Origin: Nitrososphaera sp.
GTDB lineage: Archaea > Thermoproteota > Nitrososphaeria > Nitrososphaerales > Nitrososphaeraceae
Assembly: GCA_039938515.1 (NCBI GenBank)
Contig: JBDUUL010000001.1
Location: 107,760-171,759, forward strand
Direction of reading: 5' to 3'
DNA: 64,000 bases
Each line of letters begins with the position of its first letter. Within the stretch, counting starts at the first letter, position 1. Of the stretch, positions 27,048 to 36,953 are shown piece after piece. Below the pieces are notes generated by a model that searched no databases, was not told where the DNA came from, and saw nothing but the letters and a program-made list of their open reading frames with translations. The translations under genes were made by a program, and so were the position numbers.

Positions 27048-27703
27048 AAAACTACGCCCACGGCGGCCTTTTGTTCCTTGGACAACTCTCGATAGCCATT
27101 CTTGTCGATAATTACCACGTTGATGTTGTCTCCGGTGCCCGCATTTCGCCTTATTGCAGCTGCTATCGCCTGCATAGCGGTCTTGTAGCCCTCGTTTACG
27201 CCCATGCCTTCGCGGTATTCTGATTCCAGGTAACCGTAGGCGACAGGCGAGCCGCTGCCGGTGGAGATGAACTTTTCAGTGGTCATCGACCCAAAGAGGT
27301 CAATGTTGTAAATGTTCGGGCCCTCTTTTTCGGTATAGCCTGCCATGATAATCTGAACGTAGTATGGAAAGTATCTGTTGTTGAACAGTATGTTTGAACA
27401 GAGCCTTGCGGCTGACTTGACTGGCATCAATTCGTTGTTCTGCATCCGGTAAATGTTAGAGTTGTATCGCATCGTATCAACTAGGTTTTGCGCGTCAGCA
27501 ACTCCGCCGGCAATAGTCATGGCCAAGTGCCTGTCCACCTTTTGGATTTTCATAACATGCCTATCTGCGATGAAAAGTCCTGCACTCGCTCGTGTATCCG
27601 CTGCCAGCACGACGCCGTCCTTGCATATCAGGGCGCAAGTCGTGGTGCCCTTCTTTATCTGATCTGCAATCATTGCTGGATAACGATCATCATGGGGTTG
27701 CAT
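27044..27703 (-). CDS. psmB: proteasome subunit beta
   Basis: 219 aa. A propeptide precedes GTTTCALICKDGVVLAADTRASAG (Thr1 nucleophile context). Confidence 0.93.
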   Translation of the reverse strand: MQPHDDRYPAMIADQIKKGTTTCALICKDGVVLAADTRASAGLFIADRHVMKIQKVDRHLAMTIAGGVADAQNLVDTMRYNSNIYRMQNNELMPVKSAARLCSNILFNNRYFPYYVQIIMAGYTEKEGPNIYNIDLFGSMTTEKFISTGSGSPVAYGYLESEYREGMGVNEGYKTAMQAIAAAIRRNAGTGDNINVVIIDKNGYRELSKEQKAAVGVVF

Positions 27704-27782
27704 TTGGTACAGGCAAACGTGAGAGCTGACCTGATTTAAAACTATCTACCTGTTTCTTTTATATTGCTCTCTGCCCAACTGA

Positions 27783-29222
27783 GTGCAGCAGACAGGTTTA
27801 TTGACGCAAAAGACGCTTTTTGAGAAAATTTGGGAATCGCATGAGGTATATTCAGACCATCCGCCCAGCGGGCCGTCCCTAATTTACATAGACCGGCATC
27901 TCGTCCACGAGGTCACCTCACCTCAGGCGTTTGACGGACTCCGGGCTGCAGGAAGAAAAGTGCGGCGAGCTGATCTTACGTTTGCGACGATGGACCACAA
28001 CGTGCCAACCGCCGACAGGTCTCTTCCTATCGTAGACCAAACTTCTGCGATTCAAGTTCAGACGCTTGCAAATAACTGTAGGGAATTTGGAATAAGGCTT
28101 TACGACATGCACAGTCCCGACCAGGGAATAGTACATGTCATAGGACCTGAACTCGGTCTAACGCTCCCGGGGACAACCATCGTATGCGGCGACAGCCATA
28201 CATCAACACACGGCGCATTCGGCGCATTTGCGCTGGGCATTGGAACAAGCGAGGTCGAGCACGTGCTTGCAACGCAGTGTCTATGGCTGGACAAGCCAAA
28301 GACGCTCGCCATTAATGTCGAGGGACACAGGGTAAACAGCCACGCCGTTACCGCAAAGGACATGATTTTGCACATCATTCGGCAGATCGGAACGTCAGGG
28401 GGCTCTGGCTACGTGATAGAGTACCGGGGAGAGGCAATTTCAGCGCTTTCGATGGAGGCGCGGATGACAATCTGTAACATGTCAATCGAAGCAGGGGCCA
28501 GAGCAGGCATGGTGTCTCCGGATGCCACCACTGTTGACTATATTCGTGGAAGAAGATATGCTCCAAAGGGCGAGCAGTTCGAGCAGATGGCACAACATTG
28601 GATGGACCTTCGAACCGACGCAGGCGCGGGCTTTGACAAAACGATTTCCTTCGACGCCTCCAGACTCGCTCCGCAGGTGAGCTGGGGCACGAATCCGGCA
28701 ATGGTTGCAGACGTTACCGAGGTTGTGCCGGAGCCCGACGATTTTGCAAGGGGTAACGAGAACGAGAGCAAGGCTGCAAAGCGCGCTCTTCAATACATGG
28801 ATCTCAAACCTGGAACTCCGATTGTCGACATCAAGCTTGACCGGGTTTTCATCGGGTCGTGTACCAACTCCCGCCTTGAGGACCTTACCGAAGCCGCGGC
28901 CATCCTTAAGGGAAGAAAAGTTTCAAAGAACGTGCGTGCTATGGTGGTTCCTGGCTCTCAGGGTGTCAAATTGGCTGCAGAGCGACTCGGGCTTGACAGC
29001 GTCTTTAAGGACGCCGGTTTTGAATGGAGGGAATCTGGGTGCAGCATGTGCCTCGGGATGAACCCGGACATTCTTGCGCCGGGAGAGCGGTGCGCCAGCA
29101 CTTCGAACCGCAATTTCGAGGGAAGGCAGGGTGCCGGGGGCCGCACCCACCTAGTCAGTCCGGTCATGGCAGCAGCTGCTGCAGTTGCCGGCCACTTTGT
29201 GGATGTAAGGGAGTGGTTCTAG
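27783..29222 (+). CDS. leuC: 3-isopropylmalate (or homoaconitate) dehydratase large subunit
   Basis: 479 aa with aconitase-family motifs: [45 protein letters not shown]. The start is ambiguous between GTG 27783 and TTG 27801 ([11 protein letters not shown]). Confidence 0.92.
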   Translation: MQQTGLLTQKTLFEKIWESHEVYSDHPPSGPSLIYIDRHLVHEVTSPQAFDGLRAAGRKVRRADLTFATMDHNVPTADRSLPIVDQTSAIQVQTLANNCREFGIRLYDMHSPDQGIVHVIGPELGLTLPGTTIVCGDSHTSTHGAFGAFALGIGTSEVEHVLATQCLWLDKPKTLAINVEGHRVNSHAVTAKDMILHIIRQIGTSGGSGYVIEYRGEAISALSMEARMTICNMSIEAGARAGMVSPDATTVDYIRGRRYAPKGEQFEQMAQHWMDLRTDAGAGFDKTISFDASRLAPQVSWGTNPAMVADVTEVVPEPDDFARGNENESKAAKRALQYMDLKPGTPIVDIKLDRVFIGSCTNSRLEDLTEAAAILKGRKVSKNVRAMVVPGSQGVKLAAERLGLDSVFKDAGFEWRESGCSMCLGMNPDILAPGERCASTSNRNFEGRQGAGGRTHLVSPVMAAAAAVAGHFVDVREWF

Positions 29223-29223
29223 T

Positions 29224-29823
29224 TTGGAGCCGTTCAATATTCTGACAAACAGGGCGGTGCCTCTTGACCGGGCAAACGTCGACACAGACCAGATAGTGCC
29301 GAAACAGTTTCTGAAGCAGGTTGGCAAGACTGGATTTGGAAATTATCTGTTCTATGACTGGCGCTTTGATTCCCAGGGCAAAGCGCGCGAGGACTTTGTA
29401 CTGAACTTTCCATCTTACAGGGGTAGAAAGATACTGCTCACTCGGGAAAATTTTGGAATAGGCAGCTCACGCGAACACGCGGTGTGGGCGCTTTACGACT
29501 TTGGCTTCAGGGCTGTTATCGCTCCTTCTTTTGCTGACATATTCTATGCCAACTGCTTCAAGTCAGGGTTGCTGCCTGTCAGGTTGGCAGCACGCGAAGT
29601 GGACTTGCTCTTTGACGGCGACTGCGAGATCGTAATCGATCTGCCAAATCAGGAGGTATCGGCCTGTGGGAAAAAGTTTGTCTTTGAAGTCGATTCCTTT
29701 AGAAAGAACCTGTTGCTAGAAGGCACCGATACTATCGGGCTTACTCTAAAACAAGAGAGTAAAATATCGGCTTACGAGTCCTCAGACACCCTCTTTAAGC
29801 CCGGTCCCGCTCCGGTCGCCTGA
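29224..29823 (+). CDS. leuD: 3-isopropylmalate dehydratase small subunit
   Basis: 199 aa with NFGIGSSREHA and VDTDQIVPKQFL. It starts 2 nt after the leuC stop. Confidence 0.9.
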   Translation: MEPFNILTNRAVPLDRANVDTDQIVPKQFLKQVGKTGFGNYLFYDWRFDSQGKAREDFVLNFPSYRGRKILLTRENFGIGSSREHAVWALYDFGFRAVIAPSFADIFYANCFKSGLLPVRLAAREVDLLFDGDCEIVIDLPNQEVSACGKKFVFEVDSFRKNLLLEGTDTIGLTLKQESKISAYESSDTLFKPGPAPVA

Positions 29824-29875
29824 CAGAAGAACATTTATCCTGATCTTAAGGTAACCGCGGCGGCAGCTGTATAGT

Positions 29876-31252
29876 TTGGCCGGCATTGTTGCTGTTAGCC
29901 TGAAGAGCGAGGGCAAGCCTTCAGCCCGTAATGCGGTTTACTACCTCGTTCACGCAATGAGGATGCTCCAGCACCGGGGAAAGGCATACTGGAAGATAAT
30001 GGCTGGCGGTCACTCTGCTTCCGCCGAGGGTTCGCTCCCACACGATGATGTCGTGCTGCGCATAACTCACCGTGAAAAGCTCGGCGGCACGGCTGGGCTG
30101 GGCTACTTGTCAAAAAAATCCCCTCCGTTTCCAAGCATGCAGAGCAATCAGGTAGCCTTCGATGGATTCCTGGTAGACACTGAAAAACTCCACCTCCACC
30201 CCTATGTAGGCATCTCTCGGGACTCTGATTCATTGGCAAAGGTGTGTCATATTTTCAGTCAGCTTGTAGACAGAAATGCCGAACGTGCAGCCGAGTTTCT
30301 CGACAGGCATCTTAGGGGAAATCTTGCGCTAAAAACCGATGACACAATCTATGCATACCGGGACAGCACCGGCTTTAAGCCGCTCGTCGTCGCTTCGAAC
30401 AAGGAGAAAACGCTTAGCATAGTGGCCTCGGAGAATTCGTTGAGCACGTCGCTTCTGGATCTGGACTTTTCAGACGTGCGTCCGGGTCAGCTGGTCAGGC
30501 TCGCAAGGGGAATGGAAACCGAGGTTCTTGCCAGCGCCTCGAGCCCGAGGCTGATGATGGATCCTTTTGAGTTCATTCGAGAGTCCAGCGTCGTAGCTAC
30601 TGTCAACGGAAAGAGCATCTACCAGATTCGCAAGAACATCGGAAGGCAGCAGGCGCAGAGCCTGGATCTCCAGCTGGGCGAGCTTGACTGTGCTTACGCC
30701 GAGCCGGATTACACCCGGCCAATGGCACTGGGATTTGGGCTGCAGTACAGGCAGAGCCATCCCGCATTCGAGATTACGGAAGGCGTTATCAAAGATCGGT
30801 ATGACGACTCGGACCACATGATCGACTTTTCCGAGGAAGTAAGCAAGAACAAGCTCCTCAGCACCAAGATGTCGCTGAAGTTTGTAATGCAGTCCTCGAC
30901 TCGGGGCAAGAGGGTGGCGACAATCCAGGGTACAATCCAGACCGGGTCGACTACCCGGGAGACCATCCAGTATTTGAGGAGGGCCGGCGCGAGCAGGGTC
31001 GACGTGATAGTAAGTTACGTCCCGACAGTCGACGGCCGGCAGGTGGGCCTTTACACTCAAAATCGCGAACTTGTAGCAAACAAGTACGTCGGAGAAGTGA
31101 GCAGCATCAACGAACTAAACGAGAACGTGTCAAAGGAAATCGGCTGCGACTCTGTTTGCTACAACTCGCCTGCCATTCTCGCCAAGGGGATAGGCGTGCC
31201 AGAGAACAACCTCTGGTTTCCAGAATGGGTCAGGTTCTTGGACTACAAATGA
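29876..31252 (+). CDS. amidophosphoribosyltransferase (PurF)-like protein with degenerate catalytic motifs
   Basis: 458 aa with a TTG start. The layout is collinear with PurF (LQHRG, RDSTGFKPL, ASENSL, PRTase-like loop), but the N-terminus is MAGIVAV rather than MCGI and the PRPP loop is VATIQGTIQTGST rather than V(D/E)DSIVRGTT. Confidence 0.7.
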   Translation: MAGIVAVSLKSEGKPSARNAVYYLVHAMRMLQHRGKAYWKIMAGGHSASAEGSLPHDDVVLRITHREKLGGTAGLGYLSKKSPPFPSMQSNQVAFDGFLVDTEKLHLHPYVGISRDSDSLAKVCHIFSQLVDRNAERAAEFLDRHLRGNLALKTDDTIYAYRDSTGFKPLVVASNKEKTLSIVASENSLSTSLLDLDFSDVRPGQLVRLARGMETEVLASASSPRLMMDPFEFIRESSVVATVNGKSIYQIRKNIGRQQAQSLDLQLGELDCAYAEPDYTRPMALGFGLQYRQSHPAFEITEGVIKDRYDDSDHMIDFSEEVSKNKLLSTKMSLKFVMQSSTRGKRVATIQGTIQTGSTTRETIQYLRRAGASRVDVIVSYVPTVDGRQVGLYTQNRELVANKYVGEVSSINELNENVSKEIGCDSVCYNSPAILAKGIGVPENNLWFPEWVRFLDYK

Positions 31253-31629
31253 AGATTAGCGACATAGATCCGGCAAGACTGCAAAAGCCTGCCGTCGACA
31301 GTCAAATAATCTTCGAGGGTTCTCTCGCAAGCCAGGGTTTTGTTGTCCGCCGCATTGAACTCAGACGATACTCTGAAACGAATCACACTGCCGGCAGTTC
31401 TGATTTGGACAGGAGCAAGGAACAATCACTGCTTATCGCGCTTGTGGAGATGGACAAGGGTTCAGTCGAAATGAAATATCTCGAAGCGCCGGGAGGCCGC
31501 GAAGTCCTCGAATCTGCTGCCGAATTCCTGCTCAAGTACGCAGGAATAAGCTCCCTTGTAAACCGCGCAATCCTGGAATACCTGGCACATGATAGTGACG
31601 ATGCCCCAGTCAGTTCACAGCAATTCTAG
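31249..31629 (+). CDS. hypothetical protein, translationally coupled to the PurF-like gene
   Basis: The ATG at 31249 overlaps the PurF-like TGA (ATGA). 126 aa, starting MKISDIDPARLQK. The track ORF starts further upstream at 31156, inside the preceding gene. Confidence 0.5.
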   Translation: MKISDIDPARLQKPAVDSQIIFEGSLASQGFVVRRIELRRYSETNHTAGSSDLDRSKEQSLLIALVEMDKGSVEMKYLEAPGGREVLESAAEFLLKYAGISSLVNRAILEYLAHDSDDAPVSSQQF

Positions 31630-32196
31630 CGCTTCAGAAAGACTCTTGACCCTGGGTGACCATTCAAAGTCTTCATTCCAAGGTTGGTCAAAAAGGATTC
31701 CAGATTTTGGTCCCGCGATGTCGACGAGGTTCGCCGGCGCGTCGTCGATTAGCACGTCGAAGGGATAGTCTGCCTTTGGAACGCCGTCGTAGATGAAGAT
31801 TAGTTCGTCCGCGTACACGTCGTGGTAGTCCAGCCACTCCGCCACGAAGGGCACTGTGGGCCTTTCCCGCTTGGTAATAATGGACACTCTTAGTCCCCGA
31901 ACGTTCAAATTTTTCGTGAGCATGCCGATGTCTGGCTCGGTTGGAGGAATTTCCTTCCATCTATGCCTCCACACGTACGAAAAGTGTTCATGAACTTCTT
32001 CCGGTGCTATAGGCAGCACCGTGGGTATATCCCAGCGGATAATGTCGGATTTTGAAATGTTCGTTCCCCTTCGCTTGTTGTATTCCTGCACCCAGACCTG
32101 CATTACGTCAGCAAGCACCGAATCGACGTCGATGGCGACTGTCCGGACCGGCCTTGTCGAAAGGTACGGACGTGAAGTAGCAGAAGATTGCGCCAT
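31615..32196 (-). CDS. HAD-superfamily 5'(3')-deoxyribonucleotidase-like phosphatase
   Basis: 193 aa with VAIDVDSVLADV (DxDxV/T motif I) and a C-terminal VLIDDAP (motif IV-like). Confidence 0.7.
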   Translation of the reverse strand: MAQSSATSRPYLSTRPVRTVAIDVDSVLADVMQVWVQEYNKRRGTNISKSDIIRWDIPTVLPIAPEEVHEHFSYVWRHRWKEIPPTEPDIGMLTKNLNVRGLRVSIITKRERPTVPFVAEWLDYHDVYADELIFIYDGVPKADYPFDVLIDDAPANLVDIAGPKSGILFDQPWNEDFEWSPRVKSLSEALELL

Positions 32197-32408
32197 GAAG
32201 TTCGGTACGAAACCTTGAGTTCCTGTCTCTATTTATAGGGTGCAGAAACCGTGCCAGGCGCACCACACGACCAGGAAACCGTCCTTCGGTTGATCGCGCC
32301 CGAATCTATTTGCGTCATATCTTAAGGGAAAGGCTTTCGAAAAGGGCCAAGGGGTCGCAGTACTTATCAATACGTTTTGTATCGCGATTGTCAAAAACGG
32401 GCTTAACT

Positions 32409-32564
32409 ATGCGCTATGGTACCGCATCTACCATGTCAACCCAAAATGCAATCGATATACGTTTTCAGTGCAAACTGTGCCGGGCAGTTTATGATTCTTT
32501 TGGCGATTTTGCCAAACACGCAGCGTTGACCGGTCACGACGTGTTTGTATCTAAGGAAGACTAG
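32409..32564 (+). CDS. small C2H2 zinc-finger protein
   Basis: FQCKLCRAVYDSFGDFAKHAALTGH fits C-x2-C-x12-H-x5-H. The start is uncertain: ATG 32409, ATG 32433, or the track start 32310. Confidence 0.55.
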   Translation: MRYGTASTMSTQNAIDIRFQCKLCRAVYDSFGDFAKHAALTGHDVFVSKED

Positions 32565-32981
32565 TGGTCGTTCGGCAGACCCTTGGGTGCACTGACACAC
32601 GGCGTCATTGAAGTTAAACTGCATGGCATATTGGTGCAATTTTGAATAACTGTATCGGCCGAGTTGATTCATATTTTCACCTCAGAACGAGGCTGAGAAG
32701 TGCCCCTGCGATAAATGCAGACATGAACTTAGGATTGACTGTATTAATGCGGGCTGCTAATGCCGCGACCCAGACTGAGACTTTTCGATTCTGACGCGGC
32801 CAAGTGCCGAACGTTATTGGCGTATTTAGCAATAGAAAGAGAACTGCCATCGCTCTAGACGCAGTGGCTTATGAAAACCAACGCATGATTCGCAGGCGAG
32901 GTGCTGGTCAAAGAGGCAGGGAAAAAGTTGCCTAACCTGCAACACCTTGAAGACAGAATGAAAAATTTATAGAAAAGCAGA

Positions 32982-33055
32982 TGGGGCCGGCCGGATTCGA
33001 ACCAGCGACCTCCAGCGCCCGAGGCTGGCATCCTACCATGCTAGACAACGGCCCC
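32982..33055 (-). tRNA. tRNA-Pro(CGG), CCA not encoded
   Basis: The reverse complement reads GGGGCCGTTGTCTAGCATGGTAGGATGCCAGCCTCGGGCGCTGGAGGTCGCTGGTTCGAATCCGGCCGGCCCCA (74 nt). It forms a full cloverleaf with anticodon loop CUCGGGC. Confidence 0.88.
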
Positions 33056-33146
33056 TGAAACAGTTAACAGCTTTATTCGAGGTATTATATCCTATCCTAA
33101 TCACTGCCGGTAGACTGCAATCATACAGGTATGGGTCAAATGCTGC

Positions 33147-33464
33147 CTAAAGCCTCAGATCTCTTAAACCCAATATTCTGCGATTTCTGTTATAATTCGA
33201 CTCAAACTCGTCGACTTGGCTGCTTCTTGTGGCATTCAGAGTCATTTTCATTTCGACCCTGTACTCTGAGCCAAGCGCGTCATCAGAGTCTGCTAGCGTC
33301 GCGTCTCGGACAAGCACCTTTCTGGCCAGATCCTCGATTCTTTCTCCGCACTGCCTCGCGTACTCTTTTATAACAGCCATCTCTTTGTCGGAGACAGCGA
33401 TTCGAATTTCCGGCAATTGGCAGGCCTGCTCATGATTGTACCTTCGGCGGTTAAGCACTCGCAT
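33147..33464 (-). CDS. ribbon-helix-helix (CopG-like) protein
   Basis: 105 aa. IRIAVSDKEMAVIKEYARQCGERIEDLARKVLV fits a beta-strand / helix / helix RHH pattern. Confidence 0.5.
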   Translation of the reverse strand: MRVLNRRRYNHEQACQLPEIRIAVSDKEMAVIKEYARQCGERIEDLARKVLVRDATLADSDDALGSEYRVEMKMTLNATRSSQVDEFESNYNRNRRILGLRDLRL

Positions 33465-33496
33465 GTAGTTGTTCCCAACATTGCCTTGATGCTGGT

Positions 33497-34312
33497 CTAG
33501 TTCTTTATTACCAGTCTTCTTGCGGAGATGAAGAATCTGAGATACCAGACCAGTCCAGCGGCGAACGCCAAGTATGCAGCGTTGTAGGTCATTGTCACAA
33601 ACGTTGTGTCGCCTTGGAATCCAGTCAGCTGGACAAAGCCAAGCATACTGTCAGCGATTCCGAGAATTATCCATGCGATAAATATCCAAGGTATTGAAGT
33701 CAGCTTGCCGCGGCCCGAATTGAGCACTATTACTATCGCCGGAATGAAAAGTATGGCATCAAGCACGGGATATGCAATGCTAATTGCAATTACCGTCGGA
33801 GTGGCTGTCGGGTCGCTTGCCGAAGATGAAATGATGTTGCTGACATAATAGTAGCACATGATGGCCATGCCTATACTCACTATTGCTATCTTGTACCTCT
33901 TTACTCCCTTGCCGAAAAATTTCGACAGCGCGAACAGATGATATCCAAAGCCCCCGTAAGCGGCAAGCCAGAAGGCGTCGGCTATCGAGGGGAAAGGTGC
34001 CTTCTCTCCAATTACTATCTCAGTATATGCCCAAATTGACTCAGCGCAGACCCAGAGAAGCAGCCCCGCTGCAAGGCCCACATAGGCTCTTCCAAAAAGC
34101 CCTCTTACGCCTTGCGACGATACCACCTTGACTGAAAGAACCCCTGCGGTCGTAATAGTTGCGACCCGTGTGATGTCGCCTAGATTTGAACTGTATGATG
34201 CCCCAATAGCTGAGAGCATTACGATGCTGACTGCGCCAATTGCGCCCAAAAGTACGATTAAGAGCAATTTTCGCTCCCGTTTCAGGTCGACTACTACAGG
34301 GTTGTTTGTCAT
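33497..34312 (-). CDS. polytopic membrane protein (about 8 TM), no soluble domain
   Basis: 271 aa with roughly eight hydrophobic segments counted by eye. No catalytic motif recognised. Confidence 0.7.
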   Translation of the reverse strand: MTNNPVVVDLKRERKLLLIVLLGAIGAVSIVMLSAIGASYSSNLGDITRVATITTAGVLSVKVVSSQGVRGLFGRAYVGLAAGLLLWVCAESIWAYTEIVIGEKAPFPSIADAFWLAAYGGFGYHLFALSKFFGKGVKRYKIAIVSIGMAIMCYYYVSNIISSSASDPTATPTVIAISIAYPVLDAILFIPAIVIVLNSGRGKLTSIPWIFIAWIILGIADSMLGFVQLTGFQGDTTFVTMTYNAAYLAFAAGLVWYLRFFISARRLVIKN

Positions 34313-34641
34313 GCGACGGTGTCGCCTCCCAGAATCCTCATTATTCGCTTAATCCTTTCCAGCGCCGATATCCCGTTTTGCTTTGGGAGTCTTAACCCGC
34401 TCAGCTTTTCGAACCTATCAGCCGCATCTTCTAGAATCATTTCCGAACCCGGGCCGACCAGGCCCGCCAGTTCTGTTGAAAAATTATCAATATCCCAGTC
34501 GCTCATTGACGTAAAGACGCCCTTGTTACTCATGTGCCAGTTTATCGTTCTCTCAATGCTCTGTCCTAGGCCTCCTAGGGAGCTGTCTATAGCCTGCTTG
34601 AGAAGCGTCAACGTTTTTTTTCGATCTTTGTCATCTAGCAT
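34309..34641 (-). CDS. small all-alpha protein, copy A of a local three-member family
   Basis: 110 aa. Its stop overlaps the start of the 8-TM gene by 4 nt. It shares the pattern h-x3-L-x2-(S/T)-h-x2-LG ... (I/L/V)(F/V/L)G-x-(G/E) with the ORFs at 36605 and 40143. Confidence 0.55.
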   Translation of the reverse strand: MLDDKDRKKTLTLLKQAIDSSLGGLGQSIERTINWHMSNKGVFTSMSDWDIDNFSTELAGLVGPGSEMILEDAADRFEKLSGLRLPKQNGISALERIKRIMRILGGDTVA

Positions 34642-34893
34642 GATTTTCTTGGCACATTCCTAGTTTGGAGCGTGAACAGTCTGTTCCCAAAATCGGATTT
34701 ATTTCTGCGGATGTAAGCAGGTCTACACCGGATCACCAAATTACGCACAACGGCTTCATATCGTCCACCGTGTGTTCAAAGTACCATTAGTGATGATTCA
34801 TGGCTATATTCAGCCCGGCGATTGTGACCTTGGGAAACACGCATATCCTTATGGATTCAGTGACGAGCGTCTCATAACGGAGATCCCGGAAAT

Positions 34894-35982
34894 TTGGTAA
34901 TTGAGCCCTTGTCAAGAAGTGGCGGCCGCATCTCGTCATTGGAAATCCCCGTCGCCTGGTGCAGATTGGATGCTCGGGGTTCGATTGTTGACCTTAACTC
35001 AATGTTCATGTCGCTTTTTGAACGCGGTGGGACGGAACTAAGAGGACAGAGCTTTGAGACTTTATGTGCAGACGATGAGACCTCCTTCAAAAGTTTCATC
35101 AGGAACTTCCCAAATTGTGGCGCTCTGTCTTTCAGGGCATGGCTAAAGCGCTCCGAGGAAATCAAATTTCCGGCGATAATTCATGCCGTTGGGGAAAACC
35201 ACGGCGACGAAAAGCCGGAAATAAGTCTGGTCGTGTTGGATGACTCATTTAACTACGCTGCCCGGGAGAGAGCGAAATATGAAAACGAGAATTCCCGGCA
35301 GAAAGAACAATTGAAAAATGAGTTTATCGCAATCGCGTCTCATGAACTGCGGACTCCGATTCAACCCATACTTGGCTTTGCCCTTCTGGCAAAAAGGGGC
35401 AAAATACCTCAGGAGCAGGCCTGGGATGGTGTCCTCAAGGAAGCCCGCAGGCTTCAGCAGCTTGCCAATGACATTCTCGATGTCAGCCGCATCGAGGCCA
35501 ATCAGATTTCGTACAAGATGGAACCGCTTCGAATTAACGACCTAGTTCAAAACATTGTTGATTCGGCAAGAACCGACTTGAAAAAGGACCTGTCGTTCGA
35601 GCTTTCCTTTGAGAAAGCAGACCAGGAAATAGTCGCAGACAGGTCGCGCATAACACAGGTAATCTCAAACCTTGTAAATAATTCAATCAAATTCACCTCA
35701 AGCGGTGCGCTCAGGGTTTCATCTAGGCTCTTGGCGTCCGACGGACCGCTCGAAATCAGGGTCAGAGATTCAGGACCCGGAATACCTGTCGAGATGCTCC
35801 CAAGGTTATTTACAAAGTTTGCCACAAAGGATCACGGGGAGGCCGTTTCTAATTCGGGCACCGGCCTCGGGCTTTTCATTTGCGAGTCAATAGTTACGGC
35901 GCACAAGGGATCTATTGAGGCAAGAAACGTGCCGGAAGGCGGGGCTGAGTTCATTATAACGCTTCCACTAAAGCAAAAGTAG
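34894..35982 (+). CDS. cytoplasmic PAS-domain sensor histidine kinase (no TM segment)
   Basis: 362 aa. H-box FIAIASHELRTPIQPILGF. N-box VISNLVNNSIKF. G-boxes DSGPGIP and GTGLGLFIC. The N-terminal ~130 aa is PAS-like. Confidence 0.88.
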   Translation: MVIEPLSRSGGRISSLEIPVAWCRLDARGSIVDLNSMFMSLFERGGTELRGQSFETLCADDETSFKSFIRNFPNCGALSFRAWLKRSEEIKFPAIIHAVGENHGDEKPEISLVVLDDSFNYAARERAKYENENSRQKEQLKNEFIAIASHELRTPIQPILGFALLAKRGKIPQEQAWDGVLKEARRLQQLANDILDVSRIEANQISYKMEPLRINDLVQNIVDSARTDLKKDLSFELSFEKADQEIVADRSRITQVISNLVNNSIKFTSSGALRVSSRLLASDGPLEIRVRDSGPGIPVEMLPRLFTKFATKDHGEAVSNSGTGLGLFICESIVTAHKGSIEARNVPEGGAEFIITLPLKQK

Positions 35983-36003
35983 GTCCGCTCGGAACGGACT
36001 CTT

Positions 36004-36531
36004 TTATCGCGGAAGCGCTCTGCCCTTTTGGATTTTGCGCAGCCCTTCTAACAGATCCCTGATTTCTCTGTGACTTGGATTCAGATCTTTGATGGCCTTT
36101 ACATTGGCGTTTATTGCTTCTAGGCCCTGCCAGATGGATTTATCTTCGACCAAGTCTGCAAGAGTATCAAGCTCGAACGGCTTCTGGATAAGCTCAACTA
36201 CCTGCTGAAGAGTCCGGACGGAATCAGCCAGAGTTTCAAGCACATACGCGGAAGCAAACAGAATCCTCTGCTTGGGCTGAACTGCCAAAATTTCTTCGGC
36301 CACTTTCATGCCGTCCCTCTTTGGCATCCTGTAATCAAGTATGATTGCATCAAAGGGCGCCCTAAGAGGCGAATAACTCTCCGTGGCCTGAACCTTGTCA
36401 AGTTCTGAATAGAATGCCTTTAGGCACTGGTTACCGTCATGGGTAACTATAACCTCGTGATTTCGCTCGGTCAAGACAGATTCATACTGGGAAGCTATCT
36501 CAACCTCGTCCTCAGCCACTAGGATTCTCAT
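36004..36531 (-). CDS. response regulator: receiver domain plus a short helical tail, no DNA-binding output
   Basis: 175 aa with MRILVAEDE, the phospho-acceptor context AIILDYRMPKRDG, and a ~55-aa C-terminal helical extension. Confidence 0.9.
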   Translation of the reverse strand: MRILVAEDEVEIASQYESVLTERNHEVIVTHDGNQCLKAFYSELDKVQATESYSPLRAPFDAIILDYRMPKRDGMKVAEEILAVQPKQRILFASAYVLETLADSVRTLQQVVELIQKPFELDTLADLVEDKSIWQGLEAINANVKAIKDLNPSHREIRDLLEGLRKIQKGRALPR

Positions 36532-36604
36532 TATAAACCACCGGTACAGACACCGGGTATACCATAACCTGTGGTACGTAATTGAAATAACACACGAGCA
36601 TTAA

Positions 36605-36943
36605 TTGACTGTGCGTACTCAGAATCTACTAGGAAATTTTATGCCATCACGGCACCAAGACTCTCCGGAAATAATGCAGAGGGCGCTGCAGAAAACCCTG
36701 TCGTTACTTGGCGAACCCTCGAGGGATGCTGTACTATCATACCTTCAGAAATACCACAATATATCCTTCGACAATACGTCTACATTTACCCAGGAAAAGC
36801 TCGGCTCTGCTTTGGACACGATATTTGGAAGTGGTCAGCAGGTGCTGATGCGAAGATTCGAAGATGAAGTGAGAAAGGCCCGTCTTTCAACTATTAGAAA
36901 GGAGCCTGACCGGGAAATCACTAAAGGAAATTCTACCGTTTAG
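36605..36943 (+). CDS. small all-alpha protein, copy B of the local family
   Basis: 112 aa. IMQRALQKTLSLLGEPSRDAVLSYL ... LDTIFGSGQQVLMRRFEDEV parallels copies A and C. The start may be the internal ATG at 36641. Confidence 0.5.
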   Translation: MTVRTQNLLGNFMPSRHQDSPEIMQRALQKTLSLLGEPSRDAVLSYLQKYHNISFDNTSTFTQEKLGSALDTIFGSGQQVLMRRFEDEVRKARLSTIRKEPDREITKGNSTV

Positions 36944-36953
36944 GGGTTGCGAG

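Noticed and set aside
28100-29245. Multiple ORFs on both strands overlapping leuC
   Set aside because: leuC has unambiguous aconitase-family motifs. The others are off-frame or antisense products of GC-rich sequence.
30470-31060. 196-aa minus-strand ORF inside the PurF-like gene
   Set aside because: The plus-strand frame is collinear with PurF over its whole length. The antisense frame is Pro/Arg/Leu-rich with no motif.
32565-33146. tRNA-Pro as the attachment site of an integrated element
   Set aside because: There is no integrase on either side. I could not find a direct repeat of the tRNA 3' half. The DNA downstream of the tRNA 3' end (lower coordinates) runs straight into core genes. I kept only the weaker statement that gene content changes here.
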